Shown here: positions 1-64,000 of the stretch, one piece after another | Numbering within the stretch: the stretch's first letter is position 1 | Layout: every line of letters begins with the position of its first letter | Assembly: GCA_002269645.1 (NCBI GenBank) | Contig: NIVC01002087.1 | Coordinates: 124,001-188,000 of the forward strand | Origin: Macrostomum lignano | Lineage: Eukaryota | DNA: 64,000 nt | Direction of reading: 5' to 3' | Translations under genes and position numbers: made by a program | Notes under the pieces: model-generated | What the model was told of the DNA's origin: nothing | The model's input: only the letters and a program-made list of their open reading frames with translations | Databases searched by the model: none

Positions 1-535
1 GCTTCTGTAGTTGCCGGGTCGACAATTTCTTCGAAATAGTCGGCCGCCGCAAGCGACGAATGGTCGGTGGCCACGCTGCTCTGCATGCTGTAGGCCGACC
101 TCATCGACCCGGCATAACGGCCTGGCGACCTGCGCTGATCGGAAACGTCCCCGGCTGACCTCTGGCGTCGGAGCTTGTTCATCAGTGTCCTTGTCAAGCT
201 CCGTTTGCCCGAGGCCGTCGCAGCCGTCGACCCAGCCGCTCCGGAAGTTGTCCCGGCGTCGATTACGCGGCCTCGTAGGACAAATCCGCCTCGGGATTCG
301 TCGAGACGTCGAGCGGCCGCAGCGGCGGCGGCGGCGGCCGAATCGGCGCCAATCGCTGCCCCGGTGCTGCCGCCGGCACCACCGCCGGTGCCGTCCTCGT
401 CCTGGGAGCGCAGGGATGTCAGCGATTCGCGCAGCCGCCGTTCGTCCTTGTAGTGAGCGGCCAAGCCGTAGGAGACCGACTGCCGGATGCCCAGGCCGTG
501 CCGGGTGCCGTGAAACCAGCAGCCGGAGTAAGTGC
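1..535 (-). CDS. JPH: Junctophilin exon 3, partial (STYSGCWFHGTRHGLGIRQSVSYG...SRGGFVL...EEIVDPATTE), runs off the window
   Basis: Acceptor cgctcag, phase 1; MORN6 plus joining region with the conserved RGGFVL and D-P-x-TTE motifs; frame open to base 1. Confidence 0.93.
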
Positions 536-551
536 CTGAGCGGTGAGGAGA

Positions 552-1181
552 CAGTAGGTCACATGGAGAGTCAGTAGGTCACATGGAGAGTCAGTAGGTC
601 ACATGGAGAGTCAGTAGGTCACATGCGAAAGTCAGTAGGTCACATGGAGAGTCAGTAGGTCACATGGAGGGTCAGTAGGTCACATGGAGAGTCAGTAGGT
701 CACATGCGAGAGTCAGTAGGTCACATGTGAGAGTCAGTAGGTCACATGGAGAGTCAGTAGTACACATGTGAGAGTCAGTAGGTCACATGTGAAAGTCAGT
801 AGGTCACATGTGAGAGTCAGTATGTCACATGTGAGAGTCAGTAGGTCACATGTGAAAGTCAGTAGGTCACATGTGAGAGTCTGTAGGTCACATGCGAGAG
901 TCAGTAGGTCACATAGGTCTCATGGAGAGTGAGTGGATCAAGGATGGAGAGTCAGCAGATTCACATGTAGAGAGTCAGCAGATTCACATCGAGAGTGAGC
1001 AGATTCACATGTAGAGAGTGAGCAGATTCACATGTAGAGAGTCAGCAGATTCACATGTAGAGAGTCAGCAGATTCACATCGAGAGTGAGCAGATTCACAT
1101 GTAGAGAGTGAGCAGATTCACATGTAGAGAGTCAGCAGATTCACATGTAGAGAGTCAGCAGATTCACATGCAGAGTCAGCA
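552..1181. repeat. Two related minisatellite blocks (20-21 bp CAGTAGGTCACATGGAGAGT; 21-23 bp GAGAGTCAGCAGATTCACATGTA) filling JPH intron 2
   Basis: Direct tandem periodicity. Confidence 0.95.
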
Positions 1182-1192
1182 GCGCCACTCAC

Positions 1193-1544
1193 TGCCATCC
1201 GAGTAGGTCTCCACTCCGGCTCCGTCCTGCATCCCCAGTTGCCAGGTGCCCTCGTACCTGGCGCCGCTCGCCTCACTCTCCCTGACGCCGTAGCGGCCCT
1301 TGAAGCCGGTCATCCACTCGCCCCTGTACACCCAGCGGCCTTTCACCTCCACGCCGACTCCGTGCCGCTTGCCGTGTCGCCATTCGCCTTCGTAGGTATT
1401 GCCGCTCGGCCAGATGTACACACCGGAGGCCTCGAAGCCGTCCTCCCAGTAGCCAGCGAACTCTCCTTGACCGCGCGGCCCCGTGACCAGGCCCAAGCCG
1501 TGAGCCTTGCCTTCGCTCCAGCCGCCCACGTAGGCCCCGCCGTC
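1193..1544 (-). CDS. JPH: Junctophilin exon 2, MORN repeats ([18 protein letters not shown]...[21 protein letters not shown])
   Basis: Close match to junctophilin MORN1-5; acceptor ctacaag, donor A|GTGAGT, phase 1. Confidence 0.96.
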
Positions 1545-2628
1545 CTTGTAGAGATCGAATTATATATGAGTGAGAATATCAATGAAAACTGCCGATTATC
1601 GATTTTGTTGGGCTGCGCCCTTCTAGTTTACTAGTGCACCTTGCCCTTCAGTTGCCCTTGTTTTTTTTGCTTTCTTGCCACCGCACCGTCCCGTCCCCCG
1701 TCTGGGCTCCGGGCCAGGGTTTGTGAGAGGCGTAGGCCTCAACCCTGGCCTAGCCTTTTCTGCACCCACCCAGCCCCCTGTCCAATCTGGGTGCTTGCCC
1801 TACCCCCCTCCCTCTTTGCCCCGCCTCACCCTGGGGCTGCTCGCATTGGCTGGCAGGCTGATAAGCCGCCTGGGCCCCAGGGTTTGGCTCGCCCCTCTCC
1901 TTTCCACCCCACCCCTCCCCCCTTTTGTGCGGTCTTATTTAGGGCCCCGCCCTGGGCGTTCTTTTGGTGTCATCTGCATTCTGCTCATTGCGCGCCTGCA
2001 TTCTGTTTTCGGCTTACTGCATTCTGTTAATTTGTTCGTTAGCTTCGATGTTCGCTGGCTCTTTGTTTCGATCAACGTACTTAATCTCGCCAGTAAATAC
2101 TTCGCTAAAACTACTAAGTCCAAGAAAGCGGAGGTGAGCTCGTACTTCGTGCTTTGGGTTGCCGCGAGGGGCCGGGAGTTGGAATAGGGACCTGGGAGCG
2201 GTGAACTCTCGCTAATCCCAGGGTGTTCGGCCAGGCAAACTTTCGCCGCGTCGTTCGAGGGACGCGTAGGCGTAGCTGGGGTGAGGGCTAGGACCGGGGT
2301 GTCTCTGGCGGGAGGACCCGAACCCTGACCCGTCCGGCGGCCATTAGGCCAAGACGCAACAATTTCTTAAACTCCAGGATGGTGAGTGGTGACTGAGGCT
2401 GCTCAGTGGTTGACACGTGCACGCTTCTCTCCCAAAAGTACGCAAATTTGGATAGAAGAAGAGTAAGTACGGAGAGAAAAAAAGAAGAGAGCTGAGAAGA
2501 GACACAAGCCTTGAGGGGTGGGGCGGATTGCTAACTGTGAAGTTTCGAAGGACCCGAGGGCCGAATAGAGAGGCTCACTGGAGAGGCATCACACTCACAC
2601 GGGGTGATGTACACACTCTCTGACTCAC

Positions 2629-2661
2629 CTCAAAGTCAAATCGGCCTCCGTCGGTTGTCAT
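2629..2661 (-). CDS. JPH: Junctophilin coding exon 1 (MTTDGGRFDFE)
   Basis: GCCATG start; matches junctophilin N-terminal GGRFDFDDGG; donor GAG|GTGAGT, phase 0; tandem acceptors upstream would start the exon at 2715 or 2709. Confidence 0.88.
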
Positions 2662-3271
2662 GGCAATGACAACAACCAGATGACGCCCCAGCAGTTGGTG
2701 GCGCCTCGCCTGTCTCTGCAGAACGCCGATCCGGGTGCCTGACTCAGCTTCCGGACCCCGCCGAGCTGCCTGGTCGGACACAGCAATTAGCGGGCTTCAG
2801 TCTGTTTCTAAGAAAACACTAGCTAGCACTGCTGGCCGGGTCGGAGAAATTTATAAACGAAACAGAGGCGGCGATATCTGCCGGCCGGGACTGCACAACA
2901 TGTACAGCCAAACTATTTGCAACACGAGCTCAGAGTCTCAGAGTCCAACTTAAAAAAGCTCTTCCACTGAAATTTTCAATCTGTTCGAAATACTTTAGAG
3001 CTTATTTTCTTACAAGCCGGTTGCCTCTGTCTCTCTGATTTTTACTGAAACAGAAGTTCCAGGGCTTAGCAAACTACTTTTTCTGTTATCCACCCTCTCC
3101 CCTGCATTTCCGCACATACCGAATCCCCGCGCTCGAAGTTCGACGACCCAAGCCAGCGGGGCGCAGCATTTCCATTCGCCATCCAACCCCAGCCTCCGCC
3201 AATCCAGCTAAGGACATCTACGAACGAATCTGGACTGGAAGAAAGATCTGCATCTGGTTAGTGACAAGCAC

Positions 3272-4444
3272 CCTTGGTGCTGGCGCCCCTGGTGCTGGCG
3301 CCTCTGGTGCTGGCGCTCCTGGTGCTGGCGCCCCTGGTGCTGGCGCCCCTGGTGCTGGCGCCCCTGGTGCTGGCGCCCCTGGTGCTGGCACCCCTGGTGC
3401 TGGCGCCCCTGGTGCTGGCGCCCCTGGTGCTGGCGCCCCTGGTGCTGGCGCCCCTGGTGCTGGCGCCCCTGGTGCTGGCGCCCCTGGTGCTGGCGCCCCT
3501 GGTGCTGGCGCCCCTGGTGCTGGCGCCCCTGGTGCTGGCGCCCCTGGTGCTGGCGCCCCTGGTGCTGGCGCCCCTGGTGCTAAAGCCCCTGGTGCTAAAG
3601 CCCCTGGTGCTAAAGCCCCTGGTGCTAAAGCCCCTGGTGCTAAAGCCCCTGGTGCTAAAGCCCCTGGTGCTAAAGCCCCTGGTGCTAAAGCCCCTGGTGC
3701 TAAAGCCCCTGGTGCTAAAGCCCCTGGTGCTAAAGCCCCTGGTGCTAAAGCCCCTGGTGCTAAAGCCCCTGGTGCTAAAGCCCCTGGTGCTAAAGCCCCT
3801 GGTGCTAAAGCCCCTGGTGCTAAAGCCCCTGGTGCTAAAGCCCCTGGTGCTAAAGCCCCTGGTGCTAAAGCCCCTGGTGCTAAAGCCCCTGGTGCTAAAG
3901 CCCCTGGTGCTAAAGCCCCTGGTGCTAAAGCCCCTGGTGCTAAAGCCCCTGGTGCTAAAGCCCCTGGTGCTGGCGCCCCTGGTGCTAAAGCCCCTGGTGC
4001 TAAAGCCCCTGGTGCTGGCGCCCCTGGTGCTAAAGCCCCTGGTGCTAAAGCCCCTGGTGCTAAAGCCCCTGGTGCTAAAGCCCCTGGTGCTAAAGCCCCT
4101 AGTGCTGGCGCCCATACATGCGCAACAGTCGGCCGAGTCGGCCGATCCGGCCAACTGATTTGGCGGCCAACCAAGGAAATTGCAAAAATGCCCACCCGAA
4201 AAAAACACCCAAGTAGTAGTACTAAGTAGCTGACGAGGCATTTTTGCTTAATAAAACAGGCATAGTTACTCCTGCCGTTTACCCAAAGTTGCGTTAATTT
4301 TGCTTTAAGGTTTTTTTACATGTAAGTCGCATTTTTGGCCAAAAACTAAGTCGCATTTTTGTAAAAACTAAGTCGCATGGCCGACCAAAATTTAGGGGGT
4401 TGCGCATGCATGCTGGCGCCCCTGGTGCTAAAGCCCCTGGTGCT
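3272..4444. repeat. 15-bp satellite CCCCTGGTGCT(GGC/AAA)G, interrupted by the hAT-like MITE
   Basis: About 56 units before the MITE and 2 after; GGC block followed by AAA block. Confidence 0.97.
4113..4412. mobile_element. 300-bp non-autonomous DNA transposon (MITE), hAT-like
   Basis: 14-bp TIRs CATACATGCGCAAC / GTTGCGCATGCATG (1 mismatch); exact 8-bp TSD CTGGCGCC at 4105-4112 and 4413-4420. Confidence 0.85.
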
Positions 4445-4950
4445 AACAATTTCTAATTTTAGCGGCTATTAAAAGGACTATATAATTCACCTTAAAAACT
4501 TGTTGGGCCAATTTTCTAGTCCAGACCCAGGCCGATTTCCAGAGGTCCCTGTTATCCAGCAGCCCTCAGCAATGACCAGAGCTTCTTTTAGTATCGACCC
4601 GGGATTGCTATGGACGGAAGGACAGCCCGCGGGTGTAGCGGTGAGAGAACGGAATGAAGCGCATGGTCATTATGCGCCACGAGGGATTGGAATAATGGGA
4701 AGACAAGGGGAGGTGGGGAAGACGGGAGATGGGGAGAGCAGAAACCTGCCCCATATTTTTATTGGACGAATGTCGAGGGATGGGGGCGGCGTCTTTTATT
4801 TAACCACACATCCGGGAGCCCGCCCCCCCGCAGCGCCATGCCAGGCCTTCAGTACGTTTTGTTAGGGATTTCGAATGCAGGGGAGAACTTGCGAGTTGCC
4901 GCACAACCGCGCGTGCGCTTCGGCGTACGCGGCCTTCGGGAGCTCCCCAA

Positions 4951-5268
<318 letters not shown>

Positions 5269-5637
5269 TTCGAGAAATTTCAAAAGCCCGTGAGCTGTAA
5301 ATTTCAAATAGTCCTAATTAGGCTTGCTAGTCACTTTTACTAGCTCTTAATTTCAAAGGACTTCAGCGATGTAAAATTCCAAGCTTACTACGACTTCGTC
5401 TGTCGGTTTTTCGTCGTCCCAACCGCCTGTCTGCGTTTTTACATCCGGTTCACCTACAAACCTTCGTACTATCCAGCGGACTTTTCTTTACAATTCATTC
5501 CAAATCTAAATAAACAAACAGAAGAACTTATGCAGTACGCACTACTTGCTATCGTCAGTAGCAGTTAAGACAAATCAGGATTGCGTATTTCAAACTGTAT
5601 TAAATTTCAAAAAGGGCCGTCTGTCGCCCACTTGTTT

Positions 5638-5849
5638 GTCAGTCAGTCAGTCAGTCAGTCAGTCAGTCAGTCAGTCAGTCAGTCAGTCAGTCAGTCAGTC
5701 AGTCAGTCAGTCAGTCAGTCAGTCAGTCAGTCAGTCAGTCAGTCAGTCAGTCAGTCAGTCAGTCAGTCAGTCAGTCAGTCAGTCAGTCAGTCAGTCAGTC
5801 AGTCAGTCAGTCAGTCAGTCAGTCAGTCAGTCAGTCAGTCAGTCAGTCA
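5638..5849. repeat. (GTCA)n microsatellite
   Basis: Direct. Confidence 0.98.
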
Positions 5850-7036
5850 TGTAACTCACCTAAACTCCAAGGAATCGAGCAGACGAGAGACTTTCTTGAC
5901 TTTCCAAATCGAAGCTGCTAAATTGGTTTTGAGTTGCTTAGCTTTTATCCAAAGTCCAAGTCCAAGCGAGAGAAACGATTATTTTAAGCCTAAGCACGAG
6001 CTACCCTGACGGAAGCAGAGAATTCAAAGCAGTTAGAAGGGGGGAGGCTTAGCCAGTTGTGTGGCGAGAGAGAGGAATGGCAATAAAATATTACTGCGTT
6101 TCCGACCGTTTAGCAATAAAACAACTAATTTACCGTAGTATTGAGTGGCACTGCATGGTAGTAATGGGTTTCTATTGCTGGCAACATTGCTCAGCCAAGT
6201 GAGCAGGGAACTGGTGCTTGGGCACTGACTGCTGCAGAATCCTCAGTGCAGTAGAGGATTCTAACAGAAAGATGCATGGAAACTATCATACACTTATATA
6301 TATATAAATTTCCCTCAGAGAAGTTGCCATTGCTATCCCGACGAATCGCAGAGGCAAAGCACCAGCAGGGAGATGGGAAAAAGCAGGAAGAAAAGCAAAA
6401 GTCCAACTTTTTAGCCCTTTCGAATGCCTTTAAAAACTGGGATGGATTCGGCATTAAGGAGGCAGGAACTGGGATGTGTATGTTGTTGGGGGTGGGAAAG
6501 GGGTGTAGATGGGAATATTCAAGCTTCCGTAGGTCAGTTCGGAAGACACCTGCGCCGCACGCTTCTGCACGGTTAGTCGCTAGGCAGCCTGTTAAACGAA
6601 GCGCACATAAGAAAAGAGGGCCAGAGGTCCACAGCCCAGAGCTTCAATACCGCGCGCAGACCTTGGCAAGAAGTTCTTGCCAACCATTGGGCAAACACAA
6701 TGTCCGGCCGAATCTGCTGAGTTTGCAGAGTTTTTGTACAATTCCTGTAAATTGTAGTTCAGCTATCGAACTGTGTACACTGCATGATCGGGTCTAAAAA
6801 ATTTCACTATCGTTGCAAAAAGAAACCACCCTGTTGGGGTGGCAACTTGTCTATTGTTACTAAACTTTATCTCTATCTATAGGTAGTGCTTGTAATAATC
6901 AATTTTGCATAAAATTAGCTATTTTATAATTCCTCCTAAAGGGTGCATGAAGCCGTTCCCTAACAAGTATCCAGTCCTAGAATTTGATTTTACCAATTCG
7001 TTTTTAATATTTATGTATCTGTGAGAAAAAACTCAC

Positions 7037-7070
7037 CTGAGGAGGATTGGTGGGGCTTGCAGTTTACCAG
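7037..7070 (-). other. Candidate 34-nt non-coding micro-exon upstream of junctophilin
   Basis: Flanked by acceptor gtacag and donor CAG|GTGAGT; has a stop in the frame that would join JPH exon 1. Confidence 0.25.
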
Positions 7071-7292
7071 CTGTACTTTTGTTGGAATACTTATATAGCT
7101 AACTTTTTATAGATTTCTTATCAATTCTAGAACATAATGTACTAACATTACCTACGACGAAAAGCCTTTAGCTATAGTTAAGAGTCACTGTAAACGCAGC
7201 AAACTACTGCACGAGTCTATCTGTAAGTAGTACGCTCGAATTTACTCGTAAAAACTTCTTCTTATATTAATAAAGCAGCATATAAACGGTTT

Positions 7293-7470
<178 letters not shown>

Positions 7471-8253
7471 GAAGAAGAGAAGAGCTTGCGTACAACACAA
7501 ATTATTTCTGGAGTACTCCTACATGTATATAGGTAAATGTTTACTACAGGTATATTAATTATGACTTATAAAACCTCATCTTCTTTTAAACCTCATTTAA
7601 AAGGAAATGCTTCTATTATCTTTTTAACCGTAAAAGTCACTGTGAGCGCGGCAAAACTACTGCGTAAGTAAATCTAAAAGTAGTATATAAAGTTTCCTAT
7701 GGTAAATCAATAAAACTTAACAAAACTGCTGAAATATATATTATAGTTTGTTTTACCAACACGAAGGTTAGCTAATGACTAATGGAGAAATGTTGTATTT
7801 TCAATAGCCAAAATACAAACTCAACGGCTCCATTCTCTGCCATGAAACCGCACTCGGCCATAGACAATACAGGCCAATCAAGTGCAAATAATAAACAGAT
7901 AGAGACTACAACAGTATAACAGATCACAATAAATAAAGTCGGCTATTAAATATTATCGAATGAGTTGAAATTTACAGAGAAAAAATAATAAGATTGCAAA
8001 GTGATTTTATATATAATATAACTGTCATTAAGAGCTCTAGCATTCACGGTAATGTGATTCAACAAAATAAATAATTGACATTTACTTGTGTACAAAAACT
8101 GAAAAATCCGTCTCTGCATTAATATACCCGACTGCTAAAGATTGCTTTAATAAATAAGCAAAAAAGTGGAAAACAAAACAAAGCAATTATGGGATAATGA
8201 GAGGTAATTTTAATACTAATACACGCAATCAAATCTTTTCATAGCGAACAGTT

Positions 8254-8259
8254 TTTATT
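8254..8259 (-). terminator. Candidate CASK polyadenylation signal AATAAA
   Basis: First minus-strand AATAAA I found downstream of the CASK stop, right after the 21-bp array. Confidence 0.4.
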
Positions 8260-8270
8260 AGTTTCCATAA

Positions 8271-9580
8271 ATATTGTGATTTACGTGTTCCATATTGTGA
8301 TTCACCTGTTCCATTTTGTGATTCACCTGTTCCATTTTGTTATTCACCTGTTCCATTTTGTGATTCACCTGTTCCATATTGTGATTCACCTGTTCCATAT
8401 TGTGATTTACCTATTTCATATTGTGAATCACGTACCTGTTCGATATTGTGAAATATCACCTGTTCCATATTGTGATTCACCTGTTCCATATTGTCATTCA
8501 CCTGTTCCATATTGTGATTCACCTGTTCCATTTTGTGATTCACCTGTTCCATTTTGTGATTCACCTGTTCCATTTTGTGATTCACCTGTTCCATATTGTG
8601 ATTCACCTGTTCCATATTGTGATTTACCTATTTCATATTGTGAATCACGTACCTGTTCGATATTGTGAAATATCACCTGTTCCATATTGTGATTCACCTG
8701 TTCCATATTGTCATTCACCTGTTCCATATTGTGATTCACCTGTTCCATTTTGTGATTCACCTGTTCCATATTGTGATTCACCTGTTCCATATTGTGATTC
8801 ACCAGTACGACATTGTGTTTCACCTGTTCCATATTGTAATTTACCTGTTCTATTTTGTGATTCACTAGTACGAAATTGTGTTTCACCTGTTCCATATTGT
8901 GATTCACCTGTTCCATATTGTGATTCACCAGTACGACATTGTGTTTCACCTGTTCCATATTGTAATTCACCTGTTCCATATTGTGATTCACCAGTACGAC
9001 ATTGTGTTTCACCTGTTCCATATTGTCATTCACCTGTTCCATATTGTGATTCACCTGTTCCATTTTGTGATTCACCTGTTCCATATTGTGATTCACCAGT
9101 ACGACATTGTGTTTCACCTGTTCCATATTGTAATTCACCTGTTCCATATTGTGATTCACCTGTTCCATATTGTGAATCACATGTTCGATTTTGTGAATAT
9201 CACCCGTTCGATATGGTGATTTACCTGTTCCATATTGTGATTCACCTGTTCCATATTGTGAATCACGTACCTGCTTGATATTGTGAATCACGTACCTGTT
9301 CGATATTGTGAAATATCACCTGTTCCATATTGTGATTCACCTGTTCCATATTGTCATTCACCTGTTCCATATTGTGATTTACTTGTTCCATATTGTGATT
9401 TACTTGTTCCATATTGTGATTCACCTAGCTGTTCGATATTGTGAATATCAACTCTACGATATTGTAATTCACCTGTACGATATTGTGAATCACTTGTACG
9501 ATATTGTGATTCTTCTGTACATTATTGCGAATCACCTGTTTGACATTGTGAATCACCTGTTCAACATTGTGAATCACCTG
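8271..9580. repeat. 21-bp minisatellite ATTGTGATTCACCTGTTCCAT just downstream of the CASK stop
   Basis: Direct; internal ~217-bp duplication; decays toward 9580. Confidence 0.95.
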
Positions 9581-9732
9581 TTCAACACTCTGGTGTCACC
9601 CTGTGTTACATGGTGTGTCACCTGCCATTACAAACATTTTTACACTTACAACAATACTTCTCCAAGAACTAATGCAACAGAATAGAAAGTTTATATACAG
9701 AGAACAGACCAGAGTTTCTCAATCCCTCCTAC

Positions 9733-63385
<53,653 letters not shown>

Positions 63386-64000
63386 ATCTCCGATCGACTT
63401 TTAGATCTTTATGACAACTTTGATGGTGACAGTCTCTAGCTCAGGGGAAAACGAAATTAAATGTATACTTTCAATTCCATTAATTCAGTTTTTACTTATT
63501 ATGTGTGTCTCTAAAACAAATACAGACGAGTCAATGTTTTTAAGGTTACTTCAAGCTAAGAGTTTTAAAGCGCATTTTTTCAAAACCAGTTTTCTGGCAA
63601 CAGTCACATTTGATCAGAATTTCGATATTAGCGTTTTCGTGTTTATTTCAGTTATCGTTTTCCCGCCAAATGCTTTAACTCAAAATAACAAAACACAAAA
63701 GAATACAAGGCTTGTATTCTACTTCTAACGTAAGATGATGCGATATTTATTTAACTGATTCTAAATTAAAATTTAATTTCCAGGGTTAAATTACAAATGA
63801 GTTTACGATAGTTTTTGAGGCAACGCACCCCGTTAACGTTGGCCTAACTGTGATAGGCTTACCCCCATGCAAGCTTGCTGATAGCAAACTTTCCAAAAGT
63901 TCGATCGAACGACCTACTACAGTCTACTATGGTAAATTACTGTGTTGTCTTATGTAATTTCACTTACTTTTAATTAAACTTTCAAATGTATAAATCCCAT

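Noticed and set aside
11-577. + strand 188-aa and 92-aa ORFs
   Set aside because: Antisense shadows of junctophilin exon 3
2396-2430. tRNA A-box-like GCTCAGTGGT; B-box-like GGTTCGAACC at about 53586
   Set aside because: Neither has its partner box at a proper distance or a cloverleaf fold
3218-4241. Elastin/collagen-like ORFs (AGAPG/AKAPG, PGALA, RGFST, LVLKP)
   Set aside because: All frames are open because the unit is 15 bp with no stops; there is no ATG start (GTG/TTG), a MITE interrupts the array, and the second locus has frame-breaking extra Ts
4228-4260. CTGACGA and CTGATGA hammerhead-core-like words (also about 29824 and 49446)
   Set aside because: No correctly placed GAAA or three-stem fold
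6236-6262. Hairpin with CAGTGC resembling an iron-responsive element
   Set aside because: The upper stem required for the IRE fold has two mismatches and no bulged C; only an ordinary 9-bp stem forms

Overview
Eukaryotic (invertebrate metazoan) genomic DNA that is extremely rich in simple and tandem repeats. The style recalls a free-living flatworm such as Macrostomum; this is an inference and was not tested. One minus-strand gene dominates the window: CASK/lin-2 (CaMK-like kinase, two L27, PDZ, SH3, HOOK, GuK). I assembled it by hand from 17 GT-AG coding exons between 63385 and 9733, totalling 2822 nt. That is one base short of a 940-aa ORF because of an apparent 1-nt deletion in the first PDZ exon. 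About 7 kb downstream on the same strand are the first three coding exons of a junctophilin (MORN repeats), which runs off the left edge. The CASK introns contain a single-exon, highly divergent secretin-family (class B)-like 7TM receptor ORF, a 499-aa polyQ/acidic ORF, several candidate alternative exons that could give kinase-less CASK isoforms, about 30 distinct mini/microsatellite arrays, and two short TIR/TSD-bounded MITEs inserted inside satellite arrays (one of them between the two genes). Most long ORFs in the supplied track are repeat artefacts. I found no prokaryotic system, CRISPR array, rRNA or tRNA, and I cannot claim a clearly new biological system. The best leads are the nested receptor, the internal-isoform architecture and one repeat ORF whose unit variants are mostly synonymous. 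Repeat boundaries are approximate; exon boundaries were read from splice sites and phase matching.
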